Positions 1 through 10,695 of a stretch of 64,000 nt of DNA are shown one piece after another. The first letter of the stretch is position 1, and every line of letters begins with the position of its first letter. A program made the translations under genes and the position numbers. This DNA is from an uncultured Clostridia bacterium. GTDB taxonomy: Bacteria; Bacillota; Clostridia; TANB77; CAG-508. Under the pieces are notes generated by a model. The model saw nothing but the letters and a program-made list of their open reading frames with translations, ran no database searches and had not been told where the DNA came from. The stretch spans positions 44,294 through 108,293 of the forward strand of contig CAKOSX010000002.1 of assembly GCA_934119935.1 (NCBI GenBank), given 5' to 3'.

Positions 1-13
1 GAAAGGAGAAATG

Positions 14-742
14 CTAAAATAGCTTTTCAAATTTATAATCTTTATCTAAATTCTTATTTAAATACAAACTGCTAATTATTTGCAGTTCTTTTTTTGATTC
101 ATCAGATACGTTGAATGAATATATTTTTTTTGCAGGTGCTGTACATATATATTTTAGAGCATCGAAAGTATCTTTAGTAATTTGAATTGCAGATTTATCC
201 ACTCTTCCACAGTTGTTACATAAAAAACCACTATGTGCTATGCTAAAATAGCAGATATTTTCTGAAGAGCCACAGCTTACACATTTTCCAAGCCTTGGGG
301 AATAGCCGAGCAATACCATAAGACGTAATTCGAAAACAGACAGTATAAAATCTTTGTCCACGTCTGTTTCTGAGATTATATATAATGTATTTAATAACAA
401 TTGAAGTATCTTATACGTGTATTGGTTTTCGTCGGTAACATCATATACAAGCCTTGAAATAAAAGAGGCATATGTTAGCTTGTCTAAGTCTTTACGAATA
501 TTGTAAAAAACTTCGATAGGCTCGCATGAGTTTAGATTATAAGAATTTACGCCACTATATACAACTAAGTCACTAAAACTTAAAAATTGGGTGCCAGCCA
601 TAAGAGGGCTCTTAGGTTTTCTGGCCCCCTTTGCAGCACAACCAATTTTACCAATATCAGGAGTTAAAATTGATACCATTTTATCAAAATCTCCCATGTT
701 ACTTTCTAAAAGAATTATTCCCTTTGTCTTTATTATTCCCAT
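14..742 (-). CDS. recO: DNA repair protein RecO
   Basis: 242 aa; N-terminus aligns with the RecO OB-fold (TKGIILL...DKMVSIL..IGKI); C-terminal Cys4 zinc motif CVSCG..CNNCG; AGAAGGA RBS 5 nt upstream of the ATG at 742; conserved era-yqzL-recO order. Confidence 0.75.
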   Translation of the reverse strand: MGIIKTKGIILLESNMGDFDKMVSILTPDIGKIGCAAKGARKPKSPLMAGTQFLSFSDLVVYSGVNSYNLNSCEPIEVFYNIRKDLDKLTYASFISRLVYDVTDENQYTYKILQLLLNTLYIISETDVDKDFILSVFELRLMVLLGYSPRLGKCVSCGSSENICYFSIAHSGFLCNNCGRVDKSAIQITKDTFDALKYICTAPAKKIYSFNVSDESKKELQIISSLYLNKNLDKDYKFEKLF

Positions 743-884
743 AAATATCCTTCTCGTAATTTATTTGATTATTTAGTGTGTTTTTTTGTAAATCTCTTTC
801 AACATTTTCTACTTCCATTAATTCTAAAAAAGTATTGATATTACCTGTATTTTTAAAAGTATTCCATGCTAATTTTTTTATCAT
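699..884 (-). CDS. YqzL-like small protein (start taken at the internal Met)
   Basis: Sits between era and recO as in Bacillus; the motif LAWNTFKNTGNINTFLEL resembles YqzL; AGGAGG RBS 10 nt upstream of the ATG at 884; overlaps the recO start by about 44 nt. Confidence 0.4.
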   Translation of the reverse strand: MIKKLAWNTFKNTGNINTFLELMEVENVERDLQKNTLNNQINYEKDIYGNNKDKGNNSFRK

Positions 885-961
885 ATAATGTAATCCTCCT
901 ATGTACAAAAACATACTAGCTGATTTTATCTTTTGCTAATTTAATTTTTTTATACTAATAA

Positions 962-1870
962 TTATTGTAATTTAAATTTTTTTACAAGAGCAGTGTCATT
1001 TAGCCAGTCTTCTCTAACTTTAACCCACAACTGCAAGTTTATTTTAGTATCAAGCATTTTTTCTAGGTCTTCTCTTGCATAAGTACCAATCCTTTTAAGC
1101 ATTTGACCTTTTTTACCAATAATTATTCCTTTATGAGACTCCCTTAAACAATAGATGGTAGCAGAAACATCATAAATTCCTTCGCCAGTCTTAGTTTTTC
1201 TAAATTTCATTTTATCTGTTTCAACGTAAATTCCATGAGGAACTTCGTCATCTAATAATTTTAATGCTTTCTCTCTTATTGTTTCTTCGGCAAGTTGCCT
1301 TAGTGTCTGATCAGTATATTCCTCAGTATCATAATATGCAGGACCAGGTTTTAAGTGTGCTTCGATTTCGTCTAATAGTGCATCCAAGTTCTTATTTTTA
1401 GTTACAGAAATAGGAATGACTGCTTGAAAATTATATTCATTAGAATATAATTCGATCAATTTTGCAATTTTGGCTTTATCTACTAAATCGATTTTATTAA
1501 TTACAAGAATGCATTTTTTCTTAGATTCTATTATCTTGTCTAATATAATTCGATCACCTCTGCCAATTTCCTCAGAAGTTGCATCAATAACGAAAACAAT
1601 TATATCAACATCTAAAGAAGCTCCGAAAGCTGTTTCAACCATTACATTGCCAAGCTTAGATTTTGGCTTATGAATTCCAGGCGTATCTACGAAAATTATT
1701 TGAGAATTAGGACGGTTTACAATTGCCCTAATTGCAGTTCTTGTAGTCTGAGTTTTATTTGCAACCGCTGCAACTTTCTCGCCGACTAAGGCATTTATAA
1801 TACTAGATTTTCCAACATTTGTTCTGCCTAACATAGAAACAAAGCCAGATTTAAAATTTGAATTTTCCAT
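962..1870 (-). CDS. era: GTPase Era
   Basis: 302 aa; G1 motif GRTNVGKSS, then DTPG and NKID motifs; C-terminal KH domain. Confidence 0.9.
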   Translation of the reverse strand: MENSNFKSGFVSMLGRTNVGKSSIINALVGEKVAAVANKTQTTRTAIRAIVNRPNSQIIFVDTPGIHKPKSKLGNVMVETAFGASLDVDIIVFVIDATSEEIGRGDRIILDKIIESKKKCILVINKIDLVDKAKIAKLIELYSNEYNFQAVIPISVTKNKNLDALLDEIEAHLKPGPAYYDTEEYTDQTLRQLAEETIREKALKLLDDEVPHGIYVETDKMKFRKTKTGEGIYDVSATIYCLRESHKGIIIGKKGQMLKRIGTYAREDLEKMLDTKINLQLWVKVREDWLNDTALVKKFKLQ

Positions 1871-2005
1871 AACTTACTCCATTTATATTATAACCTATCT
1901 GAAATCAATTTTTTGTAGAAAACAGTAGATTAAAAAAATTATTAATTATTTTGCAAATTATAATGCTAATCAGAAATAATTTATGTTTTTGAAAAATTCA
2001 ACTGG

Positions 2006-2050
2006 AAGCTCGCCTTTTGAGGAGTCCGAAGGAGCTCCGACCAAGAGCGA
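2006..2050. repeat. Dispersed intergenic repeat, copy A (core GCTCGCCtTTTGAGGAGTCCGAAGGAGCTCCGACCAAGAGCG)
   Basis: Near-identical 40-45 nt core found again at 6098-6144 and, reverse-complemented, at 28735-28790 and 28863-28917; GC-rich relative to the AT-rich surroundings. Confidence 0.6.
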
Positions 2051-2199
2051 CATGTTGAATTTAAAAAAACAAATTATTTCTAATTAATATTAATATAAAA
2101 TACTAATCATATTGCAATGGAATTATATAATATTTTTTGCAATGTGTCAAAATTTATGCTATACTATCAATTGAAATTTTTGAAAAAAGAGGAAAAATT

Positions 2200-2757
2200 A
2201 TGTATCTAATAGTAGGGCTTGGAAACCCAGAGCCAGAATATTCTAAAACAAGACATAACATGGGTTTTGATGTAATAAATAAATTATCTGAAAAATATAA
2301 AATAGAAGTAAAAAAAGAAAAATTTGAGGGACTGTATGGAACTGGTATAATAGAGGGAGAAAAAGTTATATTGTTAAAGCCTCAAACATTTATGAATGCT
2401 AGTGGAGAAAGTGTGGAAAAGTTTGCTAAATTTTATAAAATTGATGCAAAAGATATACTCGTAATATTTGATGACATAGATATAGAAACTGGAACTATGA
2501 AAATAAGAAAAAAAGGCGGAGCCGGTACTCATAATGGCATGAAATCTATGGTAAAAGAGCTTAATACGACTGAATTTCCACGTGTTAGAGTTGGAACAGG
2601 AAAACAAGAGAAAGTAGCTGATTTAGTCGATTATGTCATAGGAAGAGTTGATGACGAGGAATATAAGAAACTAGAAATTGGTGTGGAGAAAGCAGAGGTT
2701 GCAGTTGAAGAAATTCTGAAAATAGGAATAGATAATGCAATGAATAGATTGAATTAA
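2200..2757 (+). CDS. pth: Peptidyl-tRNA hydrolase
   Basis: N-terminus MYLIVGLGNPEPEYSKTRHNMGF is the canonical Pth signature; the tracked ORF begins 21 codons upstream in non-conserved sequence. Confidence 0.9.
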   Translation: MYLIVGLGNPEPEYSKTRHNMGFDVINKLSEKYKIEVKKEKFEGLYGTGIIEGEKVILLKPQTFMNASGESVEKFAKFYKIDAKDILVIFDDIDIETGTMKIRKKGGAGTHNGMKSMVKELNTTEFPRVRVGTGKQEKVADLVDYVIGRVDDEEYKKLEIGVEKAEVAVEEILKIGIDNAMNRLN

Positions 2758-2771
2758 AGGGACATAACAAA

Positions 2772-3977
2772 ATGAAAGATATAATAATTAATAAAAATGA
2801 ATATGGTAGTAATTTAATAGCATTAGTTGAAAATGGTAAGTTAATTGAGAAATATGATGATGACGAATCTATTAAAGCTAATGAAGGAAATATTTATTGT
2901 GGAATTGTGAGAGACCTTTTACCAGGAATGCAGTCGGCTTTTATTGATATTGGAGAAGATAAAAATGCTTTTATACATATAAAAGATGTAATACCAAAGG
3001 TAAGTAATGTAACAGGAAATAAAGACGAAAATCTTGAAAGATATAAAATAAAAGACTATTTAAAAGTAAATATGCCAGTACTGGTACAAGTAAAAAAGAG
3101 CGAGGAAAACCTAAAAGGGGCAAGAGTATCAACACATATTAGCATAACTGGAAGATTGTCTGTATTAATGATAAATGTGGATTTTATAACAATTTCTCAA
3201 AAGATTGAAAACAAAGAAGAAAGAGCTAGACTAAAAAAGCTAGCCTCTGAAATATTAAGTGAATTAAATGAAAACAGTAAATACGGACTAATTTTAAGAA
3301 CATCAGCCGAAGGCAAGGAAAAAGCTGAAATAGAAAAAGATGTTGCGGATTTAATAGAAATATGGAAAAAGATAAAGGCATCATACGATGAAAGTTTGAA
3401 AGATAAAAGACCACAACTAATTTTTCAAAATTATGATGTAATATCAAAGTTTTTAGTAAGTGTATTAGAAACTGATGTAGATAGAGTAATTGTTAACTCA
3501 AAAAATACCTGTGAAACAATATTAGAATATTTAAAGAAAATTGGAAAAGAAAATGTCGAAGTTGTTTTAAATGAGAATGAGGATTTAACCAAAATGCATG
3601 ATATAGCTGGGCAAATAGAAGAAATGAAAGAGAGAAAAATATGGCTAAAATGTGGAGGCTTTATAACAATAGATAAAACAGAAGCACTAACAGCCATAGA
3701 CATAAATTCTGGAAAATTCACAGGAAAGAAAAATTCAAGCAAGGAAAATACAATATATAAAGTTAATCAAGAAGCAACAGTGGAAATAGCAAAACAATTA
3801 AGGCTTAGAAACATAAGTGGAATAATCGTAATAGATTACATCGATATGGAAGAAGAGCAAGACCGTAAAAATATAATGAATTTACTAGAAAAAGAGTTGA
3901 AAAAAGATAGAAGTAAAACGCAAGTAATGGGCTTTACAAAGTTAGATTTATTAGAAATGACAAGAAAAAAACTATAA
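2772..3977 (+). CDS. rng: Ribonuclease E/G family protein (RNase G-like)
   Basis: S1 domain GNIYCGIVRDLLPGMQSAFIDIG, then ILRTSAEG, then GGFITIDKTEALTAIDINSG (DNase I-like catalytic core); 401 aa is short for the family. Confidence 0.65.
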   Translation: MKDIIINKNEYGSNLIALVENGKLIEKYDDDESIKANEGNIYCGIVRDLLPGMQSAFIDIGEDKNAFIHIKDVIPKVSNVTGNKDENLERYKIKDYLKVNMPVLVQVKKSEENLKGARVSTHISITGRLSVLMINVDFITISQKIENKEERARLKKLASEILSELNENSKYGLILRTSAEGKEKAEIEKDVADLIEIWKKIKASYDESLKDKRPQLIFQNYDVISKFLVSVLETDVDRVIVNSKNTCETILEYLKKIGKENVEVVLNENEDLTKMHDIAGQIEEMKERKIWLKCGGFITIDKTEALTAIDINSGKFTGKKNSSKENTIYKVNQEATVEIAKQLRLRNISGIIVIDYIDMEEEQDRKNIMNLLEKELKKDRSKTQVMGFTKLDLLEMTRKKL

Positions 3978-3980
3978 ACA

Positions 3981-4009
3981 TTGACAAGAACAAATTTATG
4001 TGATAAAAT
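3981..4009 (+). promoter_or_regulatory. Sigma-A type promoter (TTGACA-17-TAAAAT) for rplU-rpmA
   Basis: Exact -35 TTGACA, 17-nt spacer, -10 TAAAAT, about 115 nt upstream of rplU. Confidence 0.55.
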
Positions 4010-4123
4010 TATAGCCTGTAAGCCGCCTGAGTCGGGCCACTAAATGCTAGATTATAAAAAATAAGCTAGATGCCTTGTATTTTATGCTTAGCGAGTATAC
4101 ATATAAAGGGAGGTGTACAATTA
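4010..4123 (+). promoter_or_regulatory. Putative L21-leader-like structured 5'UTR of rplU
   Basis: About 115-nt leader between promoter and RBS with local hairpins (CCGCCTGAGTCGG; GCTAGAT direct repeat); ribosomal-protein leaders are known upstream of rplU in low-GC Gram-positives; consensus match not verifiable by eye. Confidence 0.3.
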
Positions 4124-4462
4124 ATGTACGCAATAATTGAAAGTTGTGGAAAGCAATACAAAGTAGCAGAAGGTGATGTTGTATTCTTCGAAAAATTAGA
4201 TGCTGAAGAAGGAAAGAAAGTTTCTTTTGATAAAGTTGTTTTAGTATCTGATGACAAAAAAGTAGAAGTTGGAGCTCCTTATGTTAAAGGTGTAAAAGTT
4301 GAGGGAAAAGTATTAGCTAATGGAAAAGGTAAGAAAATAGTTATCTACAAATACAAAGCTAAGAAAAATGAAAGAAGAACTCAAGGACATAGACAACCAT
4401 TCACAAAGGTTGAAATAACATCTATAAAAGTTGCTGCAGAGAAGAAAGCAGAAACAAAATAA
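4124..4462 (+). CDS. rplU: 50S ribosomal protein L21
   Basis: [20 protein letters not shown]...; GGGAGGTG RBS 8 nt upstream. Confidence 0.93.
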   Translation: MYAIIESCGKQYKVAEGDVVFFEKLDAEEGKKVSFDKVVLVSDDKKVEVGAPYVKGVKVEGKVLANGKGKKIVIYKYKAKKNERRTQGHRQPFTKVEITSIKVAAEKKAETK

Positions 4463-4505
4463 TAATTATATAGAGAATATAAAAACATGAAGGGAGTGAA
4501 ACATA

Positions 4506-4883
4506 ATGGCTCATAAGAAAGGTCAAGGTAGTGTTAAGAACGGTAGAGACAGTGAGTCAAAGCGTCTTGGACTAAAAAGAGCTGATGGTCAAGTTGTTCC
4601 AGCTGGAAACATTCTAGTAAGACAAAGAGGAACAAAATTCCATCCAGGAAAAAATGTTGGCATAGGAAGCGATGATACTTTATATGCAAAAGTAACAGGA
4701 ACAGTTAAGTTCGAAAGACTTGGAAGAGATAAGAAACAAGTTAGTGTATATACTGCTGAGGAATTAAAAGCTATGGCAGCTAAAATAGAAGCTCCAAAGG
4801 CTGAAAAAGTAGAAAAGAAAGTTGAAAAGAAAACAACAACTAAAAAAGCTACTACAAAGAAAGCAACAGCAGAAAGCAAATAA
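4506..4883 (+). CDS. rpmA: 50S ribosomal protein L27 with about 40-aa Lys/Ala/Thr-rich C-terminal extension
   Basis: [22 protein letters not shown]...GTKFHPG core matches L27; no N-terminal propeptide; C-terminal tail [28 protein letters not shown]. Confidence 0.9.
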   Translation: MAHKKGQGSVKNGRDSESKRLGLKRADGQVVPAGNILVRQRGTKFHPGKNVGIGSDDTLYAKVTGTVKFERLGRDKKQVSVYTAEELKAMAAKIEAPKAEKVEKKVEKKTTTKKATTKKATAESK

Positions 4884-4887
4884 TGTG

Positions 4888-4927
4888 AAATCCTAATGTT
4901 GGAGAAATCCGATGTTAGGATTTTTTG
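4888..4927 (+). terminator. Rho-independent terminator after rpmA
   Basis: Imperfect hairpin AAATCCTAA...TTAGGATTT followed by a T6 run. Confidence 0.5.
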
Positions 4928-5045
4928 AATATATAAAAAATATTCTAGAAAAAATAATAGGATTTTGCAGAAGTATTGTAAAATTAAGGCAAATCCTATA
5001 TAATATATGGAGCAAAAAAATAAATGAACAGAACGGGAGGACAAT

Positions 5046-6059
5046 ATGGAAAAAGTAAAAAGAATTTTAACAGGAGATAGACCAACGGGAAGACTTCATA
5101 TAGGCCATTATTTTGGCTCTTTGCAAAAAAGAGTAGAGATGCAGAACTCAGGTTTGTATGACCCATATATTTTGATTGCCGATGTGCAAGCATTAACAGA
5201 TAATTTTAATAATCCAGATAAGGTAAGAAAAAATGTAAGAGAAGTTGCAATGGATTATTTATCTGTTGGAATAGATCCTGAAAAGACAACAATATATATT
5301 CAGTCTATGATACCAGAAGTTGCTGAACTTACAGTGTTTTATTCTAATTTAGTAACTATTGCAAGACTAGAAAGAAATCCAACCGTTAAAACCGAAATAG
5401 CTCAAAAAAGAGATATATTCGGAGAAAGTGTTACATATGGATTCTTAGGATATCCAGTAAGCCAAGCAGCTGATATAACATGCTTCGAAGGAGAATTAAT
5501 TCCGGTTGGAGAAGACCAATTACCATTAATCGAACAATGTAGAGAAATTGTTAGAAAATTTAATTCTATATATGGAGACGTTTTAATAGAACCAGAGGCA
5601 GTTTTGTCATCAGCTAAGAGAATAAAAGGCTTAGACGGAAACGAGAAAATGGGAAAATCTCTTGGCAATGCTATATATTTATCTGATAGCGAAGAAGAAA
5701 TAACAAGAAAAGTTATGAGTGCTGTAACAGATCCAAAGAGAATAAAAAAAGACGATTTAGGAAACCCTGATGTATGTATGGTTGCATACTATCACAATTT
5801 ATTCTCAACAAAAGAAGAGTATGAAAACGTATGTGCAGAATGTAGAGCAGGAAGCCGTGGCTGTGTAGCTTGTAAGAAACAATTAGCACATAACATAATA
5901 GAAACTTTAAGACCAATTAGAGAAAAGAGAAAATATTATGAAGATCATCCAGAAATAGTAGATAAAATATTGATGGAAGGAACAGCAAGGGCACAAAAAG
6001 TTGCACAAGAGACAATGAAAAAAGTAAAGAAAGCAATGAAATTAGATTATTTTGAATAA
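5046..6059 (+). CDS. trpS: Tryptophan--tRNA ligase
   Basis: Class I aaRS HIGH-like motif TGRLHIGHY and KMSKS-like KMGKS; typical TrpS length (337 aa). Confidence 0.9.
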   Translation: MEKVKRILTGDRPTGRLHIGHYFGSLQKRVEMQNSGLYDPYILIADVQALTDNFNNPDKVRKNVREVAMDYLSVGIDPEKTTIYIQSMIPEVAELTVFYSNLVTIARLERNPTVKTEIAQKRDIFGESVTYGFLGYPVSQAADITCFEGELIPVGEDQLPLIEQCREIVRKFNSIYGDVLIEPEAVLSSAKRIKGLDGNEKMGKSLGNAIYLSDSEEEITRKVMSAVTDPKRIKKDDLGNPDVCMVAYYHNLFSTKEEYENVCAECRAGSRGCVACKKQLAHNIIETLRPIREKRKYYEDHPEIVDKILMEGTARAQKVAQETMKKVKKAMKLDYFE

Positions 6060-6097
6060 ATTTAATAATAAAAAATAATTTCCATTTTTAAAAATAA

Positions 6098-6144
6098 GGT
6101 CGAGCCCGCCTTTTGAGGAGTCCGAAGGAGCTCCGACCAAGGGC
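6098..6144. repeat. Dispersed intergenic repeat, copy B
   Basis: GGTCGAGCCCGCCTTTTGAGGAGTCCGAAGGAGCTCCGACCAAGGGCG plus a shared 3' flank TACCGAAaTTTtTAAAAATTGAAATTG also seen in copies C/D. Confidence 0.6.
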
Positions 6145-6202
6145 GAAATACCGAAATTTTTAAAAATTGAAATTGTTTTATATATAAATAATTGTAAAAT
6201 AG

Positions 6203-7495
<1,293 letters not shown>

Positions 7496-7516
7496 TTTGA
7501 AAAAATTACAAAATTA

Positions 7517-7537
7517 CAAACTTCTGTTTGACAAACG
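7517..7537. promoter_or_regulatory. Putative LexA operator (SOS box-like CAAAC-N4-GTTTG overlapping GTTTG-A-CAAAC)
   Basis: Two overlapping perfect palindromes of the degenerate Gram-positive GAAC-N4-GTTC type, overlapping the -35 of the lexA promoter. Confidence 0.45.
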
Positions 7538-7556
7538 CCTTTTTTTATGATAATAT
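7528..7556 (+). promoter_or_regulatory. lexA promoter (TTGACA-17-TAATAT)
   Basis: -35 TTGACA at 7528-7533, 17-nt spacer, -10 TAATAT. Confidence 0.5.
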
Positions 7557-7587
7557 AGTTGCAGAAATTATTTTAGGAGTGATTAAT

Positions 7588-8247
7588 ATGGCTAGAAAAA
7601 GAGATCCTTTAGAGTTAAATAAAAGAGAAAAGGCTATTTTAAAATTCATTGAAAAGGAACTAAATGAAAATGGATATCCACCTTCTGTAAGAGAGATAGG
7701 AAAAGCAGTTGGATTAAAATCTACTGCAACAGTACACTCTTACCTTGGAAGGCTTGAAGAGGGAGGATATATTTCAAGAAAAGATAAAAAAGGTAGAACT
7801 TTGCAACTTATAAGAGGCGGAAAACCATATAAACCAGCATCTTACGAAGATAAAAGTGTATACTCTGGAAAAGAAATGGTGGAGGTTCCTGTAATTGGAA
7901 GAATAACTGCTGGAGCACCTATATTGGCCGTAGAGAATATAACAGATACATTTCCTATACCTTTAGATTTTATTGGAAATAGCGAATGCTTTATGCTTAC
8001 TGTTAGAGGAGAAAGTATGATAGAAGCAGGAATAATGAATGGAGACTATATTCTTGTAAAGAAGCAAAATACTGCAGAAAATGGCGAGATAGTTGTAGCT
8101 TTAATTGATGATGAGGCAACCGTAAAAACATTTTATAAAGAGAAAGACCATATAAGATTACAACCTGAAAATTCAACAATGGACCCAATAATTGTACCAA
8201 CTTGTGAAATATTAGGAAAAGTTGCAGGTGTATTTAGAAAATTATAA
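7588..8247 (+). CDS. lexA: LexA repressor
   Basis: N-terminal wHTH (PSVREIGKAVGLKSTATVHSYL), C-terminal S24 peptidase with VRGESMIEAGIMNGDYILV and the Ser/Lys dyad region; AGGAG RBS. Confidence 0.9.
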   Translation: MARKRDPLELNKREKAILKFIEKELNENGYPPSVREIGKAVGLKSTATVHSYLGRLEEGGYISRKDKKGRTLQLIRGGKPYKPASYEDKSVYSGKEMVEVPVIGRITAGAPILAVENITDTFPIPLDFIGNSECFMLTVRGESMIEAGIMNGDYILVKKQNTAENGEIVVALIDDEATVKTFYKEKDHIRLQPENSTMDPIIVPTCEILGKVAGVFRKL

Positions 8248-8291
8248 ACAACTGATAAAGATATTTAGAGTTATAATTGGAGAAGCATATT

Positions 8292-8795
8292 ATGGGAAGA
8301 TTAAAAACATTTGGAAAATACATATTGATGATAGTAGCATTCTATGTATTTTCAACAATAGTATCAGCAGGTTTTATAAGAGGAACATATGCAGATATGG
8401 GAGGAAAAGTATATCAAGGAAGCAACCTCTCAGTTCATGTGGATGAAGCAAAATCATCTTTTGTAAATGGACATATTAAAGGAAATATAACAAATAATTC
8501 TAATGAAAACATAACATCAAAGTATGTAAAAATAGAGCTTATTTCCCAAAAAGGCAATAATATATTAAATAAGTATATTAAGATTGACGAATTAAAAGCT
8601 GGAGAAACAAAGAATTTTACAATCAATTTTGAAGCTGAAAATATAAAAACATTTAATATAAGCATTTCAGATGAGTATGTGGATGAAGAATCAAATCTAC
8701 ATATAATTAACTTAGAAGATGCGGAAAATGAAGAAATAAAAAATATATCAATATTCTTAGCAGTAGTAATATTATTAAAATATGTAATTTTATAA
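8292..8795 (+). CDS. Hypothetical membrane-anchored protein
   Basis: GGAGAAG RBS; N-terminal TM helix (ILMIVAFYVFSTIVSAGF) and a C-terminal hydrophobic segment; no recognisable domain. Confidence 0.45.
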   Translation: MGRLKTFGKYILMIVAFYVFSTIVSAGFIRGTYADMGGKVYQGSNLSVHVDEAKSSFVNGHIKGNITNNSNENITSKYVKIELISQKGNNILNKYIKIDELKAGETKNFTINFEAENIKTFNISISDEYVDEESNLHIINLEDAENEEIKNISIFLAVVILLKYVIL

Positions 8796-8825
8796 AGAAT
8801 TAATTGTAGTAAAAAATGTAGTAGA

Positions 8826-8856
8826 AAACAAAAAGTTTTAACTTTTTGTTTTTTAT
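8826..8856 (+). terminator. Rho-independent terminator
   Basis: AAAACAAAAAGTT-tta-AACTTTTTGTTTT hairpin with a T-run. Confidence 0.5.
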
Positions 8857-8921
8857 TGTATAATAAAGAGAGAATCACTTGAAAATTAAAAGTATTATTT
8901 TTAGAAAATCAATAAAAAAGT

Positions 8922-8950
8922 TTGAAATTTACTCTAAGGTGTAATATAAT
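8922..8950 (+). promoter_or_regulatory. Promoter TTGAAA-17-TATAAT upstream of the mreB-like gene
   Basis: Consensus-like -35/-10 with 17-nt spacer. Confidence 0.5.
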
Positions 8951-8993
8951 TGTAACAGTTTCGCAATAATCTTAGATTGAAAGGGAGAGGCAA

Positions 8994-10004
8994 ATGCTAG
9001 AATTTGGACAAGATATAGGGATTGATTTAGGTACAGCTACTGTTATCGCATATGTAAAAGGAAAAGGAATTGTTTTGAGAGAACCATCTGTAGTTGCTGT
9101 TGATAAAGATACTGGTAGTGTATTAGCCGTTGGAAAAGAAGCAAGAAGAATGCTAGGAAGAACTCCTGGAAATATAATCGCTACAAGACCATTAAGAGAT
9201 GGAGTTATATCTGATTATACTGTAACTGAGAAAATGTTGAAATATTTTATAAATAAAATATGTGGAAAATATATATTTGCACCAAGAATAATGATATGTG
9301 TTCCATCTAGAGTAACAGAAGTTGAAAAAAGAGCTGTTATAGATGCTGCAACACAAGCTGGAGCAAGAAAGGTGTATCTAATCGAAGAACCTTTAGCTGC
9401 AGCTATAGGAGCAGGATTAGACATATCTAAACCATGTGGAAACATGGTTGTAGATATTGGAGGAGGAACAACAGATATAGCAATAATATCATTAGGAGGA
9501 ACTGTAATTAGTACATCAATAAAAGTCGCAGGAGACGAATTTGATGAAGCGATTGTTAAGTATGTGAAAAAGAAACACAATATAATAATTGGAGAAAGAA
9601 CAGCAGAAGATCTAAAAATTAATATTGGATGTGTTTATCCAAAGATTCAAGACGTAGAAATGGAAATAAGGGGCAGGGACTTAATAACCGGACTTCCAAA
9701 AACAATTACAGTATACTCAAGTGAAATGTTAGAAGCGCTTACAGAATGCGCTGAACAGATAATTGAAGCTGTTCATTCAATACTAGAAAAAACACCACCA
9801 GAATTATCTGCAGATATAGGAGACAGGGGAATATATATGACTGGTGGAGGCTGCTTAATTGATGGACTTGATAAACTATTGCAGGAAAGAACAGGAATTC
9901 ATGTAATGGTCGCACAAGATTCTGTATCATGTGTAGCGCTTGGAACAGGAAAAGCCTTAGAAAATATGGATATATTAGCTGGAAAAAACAAGAGTGTAAA
10001 ATAA
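8994..10004 (+). CDS. mreB: Rod shape-determining protein MreB/Mbl family
   Basis: Actin-like ATPase motifs IGIDLGTATV, DIGGGTTD; 336 aa. Confidence 0.88.
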   Translation: MLEFGQDIGIDLGTATVIAYVKGKGIVLREPSVVAVDKDTGSVLAVGKEARRMLGRTPGNIIATRPLRDGVISDYTVTEKMLKYFINKICGKYIFAPRIMICVPSRVTEVEKRAVIDAATQAGARKVYLIEEPLAAAIGAGLDISKPCGNMVVDIGGGTTDIAIISLGGTVISTSIKVAGDEFDEAIVKYVKKKHNIIIGERTAEDLKINIGCVYPKIQDVEMEIRGRDLITGLPKTITVYSSEMLEALTECAEQIIEAVHSILEKTPPELSADIGDRGIYMTGGGCLIDGLDKLLQERTGIHVMVAQDSVSCVALGTGKALENMDILAGKNKSVK

Positions 10005-10091
10005 ACTGACTATATGTTCGAATAATGTTGCATTAAATAACAAAAATATAGTATAATTCCATGTAGATTATGTTGAATAAAGGTGAAATAA

Positions 10092-10664
10092 ATGAATAAG
10101 ACAAAAAGAAAAATATTTGAAACATCTATGAAATTATTTGCAGAAAAAGGATATGATGCGACGAGTATTGAAGACATAACTGCTGAAGTAGGTGTAGCAA
10201 AGGGAACATTATACTATCATTTTTCAAGCAAAGAGGAGATATTTGAATTTTTAATTGAAGAAGGAGTTAAACTTCTAAAAAATAGTATAGAAATTAAGAC
10301 AGAAAAACTTGAAAATTCTATAGATAAAATAAAAGCAATTGTATTGATAGAAATTAAAGTTCTTGTTAAATATGAGGATTTTATGACAATTGTTTTAAGT
10401 GAGATATGGAGGAGCGGAGCTAGAAGTTCATTGTGTAAAAAACATGTGTTTGAATATATCAAAATGATAGAGCAGATTGTAGAAGAGGGCATTAAGAATA
10501 ATGAAATAATTAATGGGGACAAAAATGTTATTGCATCTGGAATATTTGGGTTTACATGTTCAAGCTTAATATACAAAATGAGGACAGAAAAAGAAATAAA
10601 TGTACTGGACCTGTATTCTGAAATAGAGAAAACATTTATAAGAAAATTAAAGAAAAACAATTAG
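10092..10664 (+). CDS. TetR/AcrR family transcriptional regulator
   Basis: N-terminal HTH KRKIFETSMKLFAEKGYDATSIEDITAEVGVAKGTLYYHF is the TetR_N signature. Confidence 0.8.
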   Translation: MNKTKRKIFETSMKLFAEKGYDATSIEDITAEVGVAKGTLYYHFSSKEEIFEFLIEEGVKLLKNSIEIKTEKLENSIDKIKAIVLIEIKVLVKYEDFMTIVLSEIWRSGARSSLCKKHVFEYIKMIEQIVEEGIKNNEIINGDKNVIASGIFGFTCSSLIYKMRTEKEINVLDLYSEIEKTFIRKLKKNN

Positions 10665-10695
10665 ATATTTATATTTATATTGTGGGAAAGGAGCA

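Noticed and set aside
2137-2199. Upstream extension of pth from 2137
   Set aside because: The conserved Pth N-terminus begins at the internal Met (MYLIVGLGNP), and the extension lacks an RBS.
4589-5044. 151-aa minus-strand ORF antisense to rpmA and its terminator
   Set aside because: It is antisense to a highly conserved ribosomal protein gene. Its hydrophobic low-complexity translation is typical of AT-rich antisense frames.
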